Below are positions 7,717 to 17,363 of a DNA stretch of 63,572 nucleotides, piece by piece. The notes under the pieces were generated by a model, which saw only the letters and a program-made list of their open reading frames with translations, was not told the DNA's origin and did not search any database. This DNA comes from Candidatus Limnocylindria bacterium (GTDB lineage Bacteria > Chloroflexota > Limnocylindria > P2-11E): the NCBI GenBank assembly GCA_036565345.1, contig DATCNH010000047.1, positions 1 through 63,572 on the forward strand, given 5' to 3'. Position 1 is the first letter of the stretch; each line of letters starts with the position of its first letter. The translations under genes and the position numbers were made by a program.

Positions 7717-8222
7717 GACAGCTCCTTCGGCGCCGGCGATTCCGCGGGCCACGCCGCGTACGTCCGGCGGTAATACATAAGCGGGATGCCCTCGCTGCTT
7801 TGGCCACCGATGACGCGACCAATGAACATGAAGTGATCGCCGGCCTCGTGGACCTCCTCGACGGTGCACTCGGCGAACGCGACGATGTGGTCGCGCAGGA
7901 TCGGGGCGCCGTTCGCGAGGGACGACGGGACCCAGGGGACGTCCCGGAACTTGTCGTCGGCCTTCGACGCGAACCGCGTCGAGAGCTCCTCCGCTCCGGC
8001 TTTGAGGAAGTTGATGACGAAGGCACGCGACTCCCGAAGTGCGGCAAGGGTCCGCGACGTGCGGTCGACGCTCACGAGCATGAGCGGCGGCTCGGTCGAC
8101 AGCGCGAGGAACGCCTGACTGGTGAGGCCCTTGGGCTGACCATCCGGGCCGATCGTCGTCACGACGGTGACCCCGGTCGGGAAGGCGCCGGCGATCGCGC
8201 GGTACAGCTCTCGTTCGACCAC
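7713..8222 (-). CDS. Flavin reductase-like FMN-binding domain protein
   Basis: 169 aa with a GTG start. FPTGVTVVTT, PPLMLVSVDR and GDHFMFIGRV are typical of the NAD(P)H-flavin reductase domain. Confidence 0.85.
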   Translation of the reverse strand: MVERELYRAIAGAFPTGVTVVTTIGPDGQPKGLTSQAFLALSTEPPLMLVSVDRTSRTLAALRESRAFVINFLKAGAEELSTRFASKADDKFRDVPWVPSSLANGAPILRDHIVAFAECTVEEVHEAGDHFMFIGRVIGGQSSEGIPLMYYRRTYAAWPAESPAPKELS

Positions 8223-8239
8223 GCCGGTAGGCTAGCCGA

Positions 8240-9499
8240 GTGACGAGGTCCTGGATGCGACCGCACTACGCCTGGGTCGTGGTCGCCGTGACATTCCTCG
8301 CGCTTCTGGTCGCCGCGAGCGTGCGCGCAGCGCCGGGGATTCTCATCCTTCCGCTGGAACAGGAGTTCGGCTGGGATCGCGCGACGGTATCCGGCGCGAT
8401 CGCGATCAGCATCCTCACCTTCGGCCTCGGGGGACCGTTGTCCGGCACGCTCATCGGCCGCTACGGCCCGCGGAAGGTGATCCTGGGCGGATCGGCGCTC
8501 ATCGCCGTTGGCCTGGGTGCTTTCCTCGCGGTGCATGAGCTCTGGCAGCTCTTCCTGTTCTGGGGGATCGTCGTGGGCCTGGGCACCGGGGCGGTGGGGA
8601 ACGTGCTCGGCGCCACGGTCGCGCACCGCTGGTTCCGGACCCACCGGGGACTCGTCATCGGCCTCTTCGGGGCTGCGACGTCGGCCGGATCGCTCGTGTT
8701 CATCCCGGCGATGGCCGCGCTCTCGGTGTCGGTCGGCTGGCGTGGGGCGATCGTCCTGCTCATCGTCGCCTGCGTCGCGGTGCTCGTGCCGGTGGCCATT
8801 TTCATGCGCGACCGCCCGGCGGACGCCGGGACGCGCGCCTTCGGCGAGGGCGAGACCGTCAGCGCCGCCGAGCGGGCGGACGACGAGCGCCGCACGCCGC
8901 TCCGCGCCGCCGTCCGAACGACCGATTTCTGGCTCCTCGCCGGCAGCTTCTTCATCTGCGGGTACACCTCGAACGGGCTGGTCGGGACCCACCTCATCCC
9001 CCACGCGGTCGAGCACGGCTTCACCGCGGTCACCGCCGCGAGCGCGGTCGGCGTGATGGGCGCGATGAACATCGTGGGGACGCTCTCGTCGGGGTGGCTC
9101 TCCGACCGGTTCGACAACCGAAAGCTGCTCGCGGCGTACTACGCCTTTCGCGCGATATCGCTGGCGGCGCTCCCGCTTGTCATCGAGTCACGCGGGCTCT
9201 ACCTCTTCGCGATCGTGTACGGACTGGATTGGATCGCCACCGTGCCACCGACGGCGAACCTCGCCGCGAAGATCTTTGGCCGCGCCTCGCTCGGGACCAT
9301 CTACGGCTGGATCTTCTTCAGCCACATGGTCGGCGCCGCGATCGCCGCGTACCTCGGGGGGTTCTTCCATGAGGTGTTGGGCGACTATCACCTCATGTTC
9401 GTCTCCGCGGCGCTTCTCGGACTCATCGCGGCGGGCCTGGCGCTGCGGATCGCGCCCGGGGCCACCGGGCGGCGGATCTTGGTCGTCCCAGCCGCATAA
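8240..9499 (+). CDS. MFS transporter (oxalate/formate antiporter-like subfamily)
   Basis: 419 aa and ~12 hydrophobic segments. N-terminal YAWVVVAVTFL, GxLxDRFG-like WLSDRFDNRKLL. Start is GTG 8240 or ATG 8255. Confidence 0.85.
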   Translation: MTRSWMRPHYAWVVVAVTFLALLVAASVRAAPGILILPLEQEFGWDRATVSGAIAISILTFGLGGPLSGTLIGRYGPRKVILGGSALIAVGLGAFLAVHELWQLFLFWGIVVGLGTGAVGNVLGATVAHRWFRTHRGLVIGLFGAATSAGSLVFIPAMAALSVSVGWRGAIVLLIVACVAVLVPVAIFMRDRPADAGTRAFGEGETVSAAERADDERRTPLRAAVRTTDFWLLAGSFFICGYTSNGLVGTHLIPHAVEHGFTAVTAASAVGVMGAMNIVGTLSSGWLSDRFDNRKLLAAYYAFRAISLAALPLVIESRGLYLFAIVYGLDWIATVPPTANLAAKIFGRASLGTIYGWIFFSHMVGAAIAAYLGGFFHEVLGDYHLMFVSAALLGLIAAGLALRIAPGATGRRILVVPAA

Positions 9500-9508
9500 C
9501 ATCGGCGG

Positions 9509-10021
9509 GTGAATGCACCGGTGCGCGACCGGCCGCGGCTGCCCGAGGGCTACATCTCCACCGCCTCAACGGGCATGCTGCCCTGGTCAAGCGTGGAACG
9601 CCTCATGACCCAGACGCCGTATTTCTGGATCGCGACCACGGCCATCGACAGTAGGCCCCACCTGGTGCAGCAGTGGGGCGTGCGGATCGATCAGCGGCTC
9701 TATTTCGAAGGCAGTGAGCCCACGCGCTGGGCCCGCAACCTCGCGCGTGACCCCCGGATCGGATTCGGCGCGCAGTCGGGCCACCGTGCGATCTAGGGCG
9801 ATGGGCGGGTCGAGCTGCTTCGCGGGATCAGGCCTGCGCTCGCCCGGCGGGTCGCGCGGCAGTACGGCGCGAAGTACGGGACCGGGTTCAAGTACCGCCC
9901 GAAGGCCGCGCACTACGAAAGCGGGTACATCTTCTCCCTGCGGCCGTCGAAGCTCATCGCGTTCGACGTCAAGCACTTCAACACGTCGGCCACGCGATTC
10001 CGCTTCCCCCAGACCGCCTAG
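9509..10021 (+). pseudogene. Pyridoxamine 5'-phosphate oxidase (PPOX/FDOR) family gene interrupted by one in-frame TAG at 9794-9796
   Basis: A 95-aa ORF from GTG 9509 ends ...GAQSGHRAI*. Reading continues in the same frame as GDGRVELLRG...YESGYIFSLRPSKLIAFDVKHFNTSATRFRF up to TAG 10019-10021. The total of 171 codons matches the normal family length. Confidence 0.6.
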
Positions 10022-10077
10022 AATCGGGCAGCACGGCCCCATCGAGCGGGTCATCCGACACCGGCGCGGGAGGCAGC

Positions 10078-11103
10078 ATGGCGACACAGACGAGGGGCCG
10101 CGTGTCCTCAGGAAAGGCAAAGGGCATCGACGCCTGCGCCGATGAGACCGGCGTCATCCGCGCGGCGGCGATGGACCAGCGCGGCTCCCTGCGGAAGGAG
10201 ATCGGCAAGCAGGGCGGGCAGCCCACCGACGAGTCGCTTACCGAATTCAAGACCGCGGTCACCAGGGCCCTCACGCCGCACGCGACGGCCATCCTCATGG
10301 ATCCCGAGTTCGGTCTGCCGGCGCTCGCCGCGCGCTCGCCTGGGACCGGAGTGCTCCTCGCGTACGAGCGGACCGGCTACGACGCCGATCCGGCCAACCG
10401 GATGCCGGACCTGCTCGAGCACTGGAGCGTGCGCCGCCTCGTCGAGGCCGGCGCGGACGCGATCAAGGTCCTCCTGTACTACGACCCGTTCGACGAACAG
10501 GAGATCAACGACCGCAAGCACGCATTCCTGGAGCGGATCGGTGCCGAGTGCTCGGCCGCGGACGTTCCGTTCTTCCTGGAGCCGCTCGCCTACGACAAGG
10601 ATCTGGACGAGAAGGGCCTCGACTTCGCCAAGCAAAAGCCGCGCTACGTTCAGGCGTACATGGAGAAGCTCTCGGTGCCGCGGTTCGGCGTCGACGTGCT
10701 GAAGGTCGAAGTGCCGGTGAACATGGCCTTCGTCGACGGGTCGCGCGCGAACAAGACCGGCGAGGTCGCGTACGACCGGAAGACCGCGCTCGGCCACTTC
10801 AAGGACGCCGCCGATGCCGCGACGCTCCCATTCATCTATCTGTCCGCGGGGGTGAACGACGACGTCTTCCGGGAGTCGCTCGAATGGGCTGCGGAGGCCG
10901 GTGCGAAGTTCTCGGGGGTGCTCTGCGGCCGGGCGACCTGGAAGGAAGGGATCCCGGTGTATGCCAAGGAAGGCCCGGCGAAGTTCGCCGCCTGGCTCGA
11001 GAACACCGGCGTCCGCAACATCGAGCTGCTCAACACCGTTCTCAAGGGTGCCGCCGTCCCGTGGTGGACGGTCTATGGGAGCCGCGCCGCCGCGACCGAC
11101 TAG
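10078..11103 (+). CDS. Tagatose-1,6-bisphosphate aldolase (LacD-like class I aldolase) family protein
   Basis: 341 aa. LacD-family blocks AAAMDQRGSLRK, ILMDPEFGLPA, DVLKVEVP, IYLSAGV and GVLCGRATW. GGGAGG RBS upstream. Confidence 0.75.
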   Translation: MATQTRGRVSSGKAKGIDACADETGVIRAAAMDQRGSLRKEIGKQGGQPTDESLTEFKTAVTRALTPHATAILMDPEFGLPALAARSPGTGVLLAYERTGYDADPANRMPDLLEHWSVRRLVEAGADAIKVLLYYDPFDEQEINDRKHAFLERIGAECSAADVPFFLEPLAYDKDLDEKGLDFAKQKPRYVQAYMEKLSVPRFGVDVLKVEVPVNMAFVDGSRANKTGEVAYDRKTALGHFKDAADAATLPFIYLSAGVNDDVFRESLEWAAEAGAKFSGVLCGRATWKEGIPVYAKEGPAKFAAWLENTGVRNIELLNTVLKGAAVPWWTVYGSRAAATD

Positions 11104-11597
11104 GGACTGGGAGCGGGATCCGCTCGCCGATCGGCGAAGAATCCGGAGAGCAGCGCCTCCACCTCGGATCGGCGCGCACCGGCGCGCCACTTCGGACGAT
11201 GATTGAAGTCCGGCTCGTCGAGGAGCTCAGCGACCGATCGGACCGCGCCGGCCTTCGGGTCCCAGGCGCCGAGGACGACGAGATCGATCCGGGCGAGGAC
11301 CGCGGCGCCGGCGCACATCGCGCAGGGCTCGAGCGTGACGTAGAGCGTGCCGCCGTGTAGCCGCCACCGCCCGAGCGACGCCGCGGCCGCCCGCAGGGCC
11401 AGGATCTCGGCATGCGCGGTCGGATCGCGGTCGACCTCGCGGCGGTTGTGGCCACGGCCGACGACCTGCCCATCGTGGACGACGATCGCGCCGATCGGAA
11501 CGTCGCCATGGAGCAGCGCGCTGCGAGCCTCCAGCAGGGCCTGGTCCATGAAGCCCGCATCGTCGGCGACGGTGGGGAGCCCGGACGCCCTAGACAC
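11100..11597 (-). CDS. tadA: tRNA-specific adenosine deaminase
   Basis: CDA fold with zinc ligands HAE (TAHAEILAL) and PCxxC (EPCAMCAGA), plus VPIGAIVV. An alternative ATG lies at 11549. Its substrate type, tRNA-Arg(ACG), is present in this window. Confidence 0.85.
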   Translation of the reverse strand: MSRASGLPTVADDAGFMDQALLEARSALLHGDVPIGAIVVHDGQVVGRGHNRREVDRDPTAHAEILALRAAAASLGRWRLHGGTLYVTLEPCAMCAGAAVLARIDLVVLGAWDPKAGAVRSVAELLDEPDFNHRPKWRAGARRSEVEALLSGFFADRRADPAPSP

Positions 11598-12288
11598 CGA
11601 GATACCGGCCTTCGATGTCGGGCTGCGCGGCGAGCTCGAGCGGGGTCCCCTGCCAGACGATCCGTCCCTTGTTCATCACGTACAGCCGCTCTCCGACGCG
11701 GGTCGCGAGAGCGAGATTCTGCTCCACGAGCAAGAGCGCGAGGCCGGTGGAGCGCAACGCGAGGAGGGCATCGCCGACCTGCTCGACGAGCTTTGGGGCG
11801 AGACCCTCGGATGGCTCGTCGAGCAGCAGCACGTCGGGATTGCGCAGGAGCGCCCGGCCGATCGCGAGCATCTGCTGCTCCCCACCGGAGAGCTCGTCGC
11901 CGCGATTCGCGAGTCGCCGGGAGAGCGCTGGGAAGAGCTCCAGTACCCGCCGCTCGTCCCAGCCGTCCGGGATCGGCCGGGCCGCGAGGAGGAGGTTCTC
12001 CCGAACGCTGAGGTCGGCGAAGATCCGGCGTCCCTGGGGAACGAGTGCGACCCCCGCGCGCGCGATGCGATGGGCCGGTGCGCCGCGCAGCTCCGTGCCG
12101 CGCACCATGACCGATCCTGCACGCGCGCGCAGCAGCCCGGTGATGGCGGCGATCGTCGTCGTTTTTCCCGCGCCGTTGCGGCCAACGAGCGCGACCGCCT
12201 CGCCGCCACCGACCTCGAGGTCCACACCCTGCAGGACATGGCTCGGGCCGTGGTAGGCATGAAGGCCGGCCACGGTGAGCGCGCTCAC
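11590..12288 (-). CDS. livF: Branched-chain amino acid ABC transporter ATP-binding protein (LivF type)
   Basis: Walker A GRNGAGKTT, signature LSGGEQQML, Walker B LLLDEPS, and the C-terminal ...YLGV typical of LivF. Confidence 0.85.
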   Translation of the reverse strand: MSALTVAGLHAYHGPSHVLQGVDLEVGGGEAVALVGRNGAGKTTTIAAITGLLRARAGSVMVRGTELRGAPAHRIARAGVALVPQGRRIFADLSVRENLLLAARPIPDGWDERRVLELFPALSRRLANRGDELSGGEQQMLAIGRALLRNPDVLLLDEPSEGLAPKLVEQVGDALLALRSTGLALLLVEQNLALATRVGERLYVMNKGRIVWQGTPLELAAQPDIEGRYLGV

Positions 12289-13013
12289 CGCCCGATCGCC
12301 TTGCCGAGGTAGACGTCATGCACCTGCGTATCGCCGCGGATCTCGTCCGGCGTCCCCTCGGCGATCGGCCGGCCCTCGTGCAGGACGGTGATCCGATCCG
12401 CGAGGCGGAAGACGACGTCCATGTCGTGCTCGACGATGAGCAGCGTCAGTGAGCGGTCGAGCGAGGCGATCAGGGTGGCGATCCGCTCGGTCTCGGCCGG
12501 CGACATCCCTGCGGTGGGCTCGTCCAGCAGCAGTACGGTCGGCGCCTGGGCGAGGGCCACCGCGAGCTCGAGCTGGCGGCGCTCGCCATGCGACAGCGCG
12601 AGCGCCGGTGCGTTCGGGTGCGGATCGAGGCCGACCCGGCCGAGCAGCTCATCCGCCGCGCGCCGCTCGGTGCGCGACGGCCCTCCGAGCGCGTGGTAGG
12701 TCGCTCTCCGGAACGCGAGCGCGACGTTCTCCCAGGCGGGAAGAGCGTCGAACAGCTCGTTGCGTTGATACATCCGGGCGAGCCCCCGGCGGGCCCGCTG
12801 CCAGGGCCGGAGCGCGGTGATATCGGAACCGCCGAGGTGCACCGTCCCTGCCGTCGCCGCGAGCTCGCCGGTGAGGACGTCGAAGAAGGTGGTCTTCCCC
12901 GCGCCATTCGGACCGATGAGCGCGCGCCGCTCGCCCACCGGGACGCGAAGGTCGACGCCATCGAGCGCGTGGACACCGCCGAAGTCCCGGCGGAGGCCGC
13001 GCACCTCGATCAC
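12285..13013 (-). CDS. livG: Branched-chain amino acid ABC transporter ATP-binding protein (LivG type)
   Basis: Walker A GPNGAGKTT, signature LSHGERRQLE, Walker B LLLDEPTAGM. 4-nt overlaps with both neighbours. Confidence 0.85.
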   Translation of the reverse strand: MIEVRGLRRDFGGVHALDGVDLRVPVGERRALIGPNGAGKTTFFDVLTGELAATAGTVHLGGSDITALRPWQRARRGLARMYQRNELFDALPAWENVALAFRRATYHALGGPSRTERRAADELLGRVGLDPHPNAPALALSHGERRQLELAVALAQAPTVLLLDEPTAGMSPAETERIATLIASLDRSLTLLIVEHDMDVVFRLADRITVLHEGRPIAEGTPDEIRGDTQVHDVYLGKAIGR

Positions 13014-13969
13014 GAGCGCATCCGCCCGTACGCATCGCGCAGGAGGCCGGCGATACCGTGACGCGCGAACAGAACGAACAGGATGAAGACGACGCCGAGC
13101 ACGGTCTGCGAGAAGCCGACCGACGACGACAGCACGCGCTCGATCGACAGGACCGCCGCCGCGCCGAGGAGCGGGCCAAGCAGCGTCCCGGCGCCACCGA
13201 TCAGGACGATGAGCAGGGCGGTCACCGAGGTGCCCAGCGCGGTGTCGTTAGGCGACACGAACCGGAAGGCGTAGGCCGAGAGCCCACCGGCGACCCCCGC
13301 GAGCGTACCGGCCAGCACAAAGGCCGAGAGCTTCAGGATGCGCGTGTCGTACCCCAGAGCGCGCATCCGCCGCTCGTTCTCGCGGATCCCGGCCAGCGCC
13401 CTTCCGTACGGCGATCCGGCAACCCGCCAGAGAAGGAGCGTCACCAGCGCAAACACCACCGCAACGAGCAGGTAGAGCATCTCGGGCGACGCGAGGTCCA
13501 CACCGAAGAGCGACGGGCGCCGGACCCCGGCCAGGCCGTTGGATCCGCCGGTGAGGTCGGTCGCTTGGAAGGCCAGCGCGTAGACCATCTGCGCGAGCGC
13601 GAGCGTGAGCATGAGGAAGAAGATCCCGGCGGCGCGCACCGCGAGCGCGCCGATGCCGAGCGCGAGCAGCCCGGCCACGAGCGCGGCGGCACCCAGTCCC
13701 ACAAGCAGCTCCGTCGTCTGCAGGCGCTGCCCCACGATCGCCGCCGCATAGGCGCCGCTGCCGAAGAACGCCGCGTGACCGAGCGACGGCAGGCCCGCGC
13801 GGCCAACGAGAAGGTCGAGCGATCCGGCGAAGATCGCGAAGATGAGAATGTCCCGAATGATCCCCGTCGCGTAGCGTGACGACTCCCAGTCCCGGGACCA
13901 CTGCGGGAACGCCGCGATGGCGATCCAGGCCGCCAGGGCGGCGACCCAGCCGATGGGGGCGCGGCTCAT
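13010..13969 (-). CDS. livM: Branched-chain amino acid ABC transporter permease (LivM type)
   Basis: 319 aa polytopic protein. LSLGHAAFFGSGAY and GGSNGLAGV motifs are typical of LivM. Confidence 0.85.
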   Translation of the reverse strand: MSRAPIGWVAALAAWIAIAAFPQWSRDWESSRYATGIIRDILIFAIFAGSLDLLVGRAGLPSLGHAAFFGSGAYAAAIVGQRLQTTELLVGLGAAALVAGLLALGIGALAVRAAGIFFLMLTLALAQMVYALAFQATDLTGGSNGLAGVRRPSLFGVDLASPEMLYLLVAVVFALVTLLLWRVAGSPYGRALAGIRENERRMRALGYDTRILKLSAFVLAGTLAGVAGGLSAYAFRFVSPNDTALGTSVTALLIVLIGGAGTLLGPLLGAAAVLSIERVLSSSVGFSQTVLGVVFILFVLFARHGIAGLLRDAYGRMRS

Positions 13970-14850
13970 CGGCCGGTGCGGACGCGCCCGAGCAGCCCGG
14001 TGGGCCGAAAGAGCAGGACCAGGGCCATGATCGCGAAGATGAGCGCGAGCGCGAACTGCGGGACGAGGACCGTGCCGAAGGTGTCCGCCGGTCCGACCAC
14101 GGCGCTGCCGGCGACCGCGCCGCCAAGCGAGCCGAGCCCGCCGACGACGACCACGATGAGCGAGAAGATGAGCGCGTCGACGTCCATCCCCGGCTGAAGT
14201 CCGAACACCGGAGCGGCGATGACCCCGGCCGTCCCGGCGAGCGCGGCGCCGGCGGCGAAGGTGCGCGCGAAGAGCCGGTCGGTGTCGACACCGAGCGCCG
14301 ACAGCATCGGGGCGTCATCGACGCCGGCGCGGATGAGCGCGCCCAGGCGGGTCCGGCGATGGATCGCGGTGAGCACGAGCGCGAGGGCGATGCCGAAGCC
14401 GATGACGAACAACCGGTAGAGCGGGTAATCGCTTCCCGCGATCGCGATCGAATGGTCCAGGCCGGCAGGTACCGCGAGCGAGCGGACCTCCCCGCCCCAG
14501 CCCCAATCGTCGCGCAGCCGGATGAAGTCGACGATGACGAGCGACAGCCCGATCGTGACGAGCACCTGATCTAGGTGCCGGCCGCGAAGCCGCCGGAGGA
14601 GCAGCGGTTCCACGACGAGTCCGAGTGCCGCGAGCAGGAGCGGAACGACGATCAGCGCGACCCAGAACGACCCGGTGAGGCGCACGATCGAGAGCGCGAG
14701 ATAGGCACCGAGCATGTAGAAGGCGCCATGCGCGAGGTTGACCACATCCATCATCCCGAAGATCAGGGAGAGCCCGGCGGCGAGCACGAACAGCAGGGCG
14801 CCGAACGAAATGCCGTTCAGCGCCTGCTGGAGCACGAGCTCAGGGGTCAC
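13966..14850 (-). CDS. livH: Branched-chain amino acid ABC transporter permease (LivH type)
   Basis: 294 aa. QQALNGISFGALLFVLAAGLSLIFGMMDVVNLAHG is the canonical LivH N-terminus. Confidence 0.85.
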   Translation of the reverse strand: MTPELVLQQALNGISFGALLFVLAAGLSLIFGMMDVVNLAHGAFYMLGAYLALSIVRLTGSFWVALIVVPLLLAALGLVVEPLLLRRLRGRHLDQVLVTIGLSLVIVDFIRLRDDWGWGGEVRSLAVPAGLDHSIAIAGSDYPLYRLFVIGFGIALALVLTAIHRRTRLGALIRAGVDDAPMLSALGVDTDRLFARTFAAGAALAGTAGVIAAPVFGLQPGMDVDALIFSLIVVVVGGLGSLGGAVAGSAVVGPADTFGTVLVPQFALALIFAIMALVLLFRPTGLLGRVRTGR

Positions 14851-14890
14851 GCCCGCGTCACCGTGACGGGATGCTAGCCGCGCACACCCG

Positions 14891-16114
14891 TTACTTCCCC
14901 GGGTCGGTGACCCGGCCGACCTTGTCGACGACGGCGTTCACCGCCTGGCCGTTCACCGTCCGTACCTCACGGATATACATGTCCTGGATCGGATTGTGGG
15001 TGTCCTTGTCGAATTCGAAATCGCCGCGCGGGCTCTTGAACTTCACGTCCTCCAGGGCGCGGATGAGCTTCTGCTTGTCCGACGTGTCTCCTCCCACCTT
15101 TTGGAGCGCCTGGTCCAGCGCCCGCATCCCGTCCCAGGCCTGCACCGCGAACACGTCCGGAAGCAGGTTGTATTCCTTCTGGAAGAGATCCTTGAACGCC
15201 TTGTTCTCGGGATTGTCGAGCTCGAACGCCCAGAAGAGCGAGGTGATCGCGCCGTTCGCGCCCTCCTTCACCTCGCGGAGCACATCCTGCTCGGTGAGGA
15301 AACCGGCGCCGTTCATCTTGTAGCCGGCGGCGGGCATTCCCAGGTCGTTCCAGGCCTTGATGTACTTCACCGCGTCGGCGCCGGAGAAGAACGAGTAGAT
15401 GTCCTTCGTCGGCTGTCCCTGTAGCTGGGTGACGAACTTCAGGAAATCGGGGCTCCCGAGCGGCGCCTTGAGCGTGCCGGTGACCTTCCCGCCGTTCTTG
15501 GCAAAGCCGGCGGTGAAATCGGCCGCGCTCTCGGTCCCGAAGCCGTAGTCGGCAATGAACACGAAGGCTTCCTTCACGTTCTTCTTCCCGGACAGATACT
15601 CGCCGATCGGGTGCGAGATCTGGTAGGAGCTGAACGATGAGCGGAAGATGTAGGGGCTCTTGCACGAGGGCTTGCAGTCGGTGGTCGTGCGGGTGAGCGC
15701 GTTCCCGCCGGCGTTCGTCTCGATGAAGATGAGCTTCGAAGAATCGATGACGTTGCGGACGGCATACGCGATCGGCGTCGCGACGATCCCGAGCATGACG
15801 TCGACGTTGTCCTGGTCGATGAACTTCTGAGTCTTCTGCAGCCCGACCTGTGGATCGTTCGCCTCGTCTTCGTAGATCACCTGCACCCCACGTCCGGCGA
15901 GCCGGTTCCCGGCGTTCTTGAGGTAGAGATCGGTGGACCGCTTCATCGAGTTGCCGAGCTCGGCGTAGACCTTGGTGAACGGAAGGAGCTGCCCGAGCTT
16001 CAGCGTCTTCCCGGCGGTCGCGGCCGACGCGGTCACCAGGAACGATCGCCGCGACATCCGATAGCTGTAGCCGCGCCGTGCCGCTAGGTCGTTCGGTCGC
16101 TTCGTGTCGGTCAT
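14891..16114 (-). CDS. ABC transporter substrate-binding protein (LivK/LivJ family, Tat-like signal)
   Basis: 407 aa. SRRSFLVTASAATAG is a twin-arginine-like signal. Periplasmic-binding-protein type I blocks are present. GGAGGG RBS before ATG 16114. It heads the Liv permease genes. Confidence 0.8.
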   Translation of the reverse strand: MTDTKRPNDLAARRGYSYRMSRRSFLVTASAATAGKTLKLGQLLPFTKVYAELGNSMKRSTDLYLKNAGNRLAGRGVQVIYEDEANDPQVGLQKTQKFIDQDNVDVMLGIVATPIAYAVRNVIDSSKLIFIETNAGGNALTRTTTDCKPSCKSPYIFRSSFSSYQISHPIGEYLSGKKNVKEAFVFIADYGFGTESAADFTAGFAKNGGKVTGTLKAPLGSPDFLKFVTQLQGQPTKDIYSFFSGADAVKYIKAWNDLGMPAAGYKMNGAGFLTEQDVLREVKEGANGAITSLFWAFELDNPENKAFKDLFQKEYNLLPDVFAVQAWDGMRALDQALQKVGGDTSDKQKLIRALEDVKFKSPRGDFEFDKDTHNPIQDMYIREVRTVNGQAVNAVVDKVGRVTDPGK

Positions 16115-16159
16115 CGCGTCCCTCCATTGCCGTCGCCAGCCGGAGCCCTCGCGGTGAGA

Positions 16160-17359
16160 CTAGTCGCGCATGAAGAGAGTCGCCAGTCCCTGTCCCACCC
16201 CGATGCACATCGTCGCGAGGCCATACCGGCCGTCCCGCCGCTCGAGCTCGCGCAGCACCGTTCCGGCCAGCCGCGCGCCCGAGGCGCCGATGGGGTGCCC
16301 GATCGCGATCGCCCCGCCATTCGGGTTCGTGCGGTCCTCTGGAAGCCCGAGCTCGCGGATGCAGGGCAGCACCTGCGCGGCGAAGGCCTCGTTCAGCTCG
16401 ATGGCGTCCAGCTCGGCGGGGGTCACTCCGGTCCGCTCGAGCAGGCGGCGGACCGCGGGGATCGGTCCGAGGCCCATCGTGTCAGGGTGCACGCCGGCCG
16501 ATGCGCTTGCCACGATCCGGCCGAGGGACCGCAGCCCGAGGGCGGCCGCTTTGGCGCGGCTGGCGACGATGAGCGCTGCGGCGCCGTCGTTGATCCCCGA
16601 AGCGTTGCCCGCGGTCACCGTCCCGTTGGGTCGGAAGGCCGGCCGCAGGCGCCCAAGCTGCTGCACCGTGGTCCCGGGCCGTGGATGCTCGTCGACGGTG
16701 ACCGGCCCGGCGGGTGTATCCACCGCGACGAGCTCGCCGGCGAAGAACCCCGCATCGCGTGCCGCTGCATACCGCTGCTGGCTGCGCGCGGCGTAGGCAT
16801 CCTGCTCCTCGCGCGAGATCCGCCGCTCATCCGCGACGTTCTCCGCGGTCTCGCCCAGCGAGATCGGGTGATAGCCAAGGTCCGCCATCCGCGGATTCAC
16901 CAGGCGCCAGCCGAGATAGGTGTCGACCAGCGTCCGTTCGCCGCGGGGGAATGCCTCCGACGGCTTCAGCAGCACGAATGGCGCGCGGCTCATGCTTTCC
17001 TCACCGCCGGCCACGACAAGATCGGCCTCTCCGCTGCGGATGCGCCGGGCGGCATCGTTCACCGCTTCGAGTCCGCTGCCGCAGAGTCGGTTCACCGTGA
17101 CACCCGGCGTCTCCGTCGGAAGCTCGGCGAGGAGAGCGGCCATCCGACCGACGTTCCGATTGTCTTCGCCGGCCTGGTTCGAGGTGCCGAAGACGACCTC
17201 GTCCACCGCCGCGGGCGCGACGCCGGTGCGTTCGAGCACCGAGCGGATGACGAGCGCGGCCAGATCGTCCGGCCGGACACCGGCAAGGGCGCCGCCATAG
17301 CGGCCGAATGGGGTTCGGGCGTAGCCCACGACCAGGGCATCGCGATCGTCGCCGCTCAC
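16160..17359 (-). CDS. Acetyl-CoA C-acetyltransferase (thiolase II)
   Basis: GTG at 17359 lies 4 nt after the upstream stop. Active-site Cys in NRLCGSGLEA, plus GHPIGASGAR and CIGVGQG. The ORF-track N-terminus (41 aa) is Arg-rich noise. Confidence 0.9.
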   Translation of the reverse strand: MSGDDRDALVVGYARTPFGRYGGALAGVRPDDLAALVIRSVLERTGVAPAAVDEVVFGTSNQAGEDNRNVGRMAALLAELPTETPGVTVNRLCGSGLEAVNDAARRIRSGEADLVVAGGEESMSRAPFVLLKPSEAFPRGERTLVDTYLGWRLVNPRMADLGYHPISLGETAENVADERRISREEQDAYAARSQQRYAAARDAGFFAGELVAVDTPAGPVTVDEHPRPGTTVQQLGRLRPAFRPNGTVTAGNASGINDGAAALIVASRAKAAALGLRSLGRIVASASAGVHPDTMGLGPIPAVRRLLERTGVTPAELDAIELNEAFAAQVLPCIRELGLPEDRTNPNGGAIAIGHPIGASGARLAGTVLRELERRDGRYGLATMCIGVGQGLATLFMRD

Positions 17360-17363
17360 GGCC

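Noticed and set aside
9794-9796. In-frame TAG, considered as a pyrrolysine codon or recoding site.
   Set aside because: No pylT/pylS/pylBCD genes are in the window, and TAG is used as an ordinary stop by several neighbouring genes (for example at 5307, 6814, 18965 and 35536). A nonsense mutation or sequence error is the more economical explanation. It is kept as a pseudogene finding.
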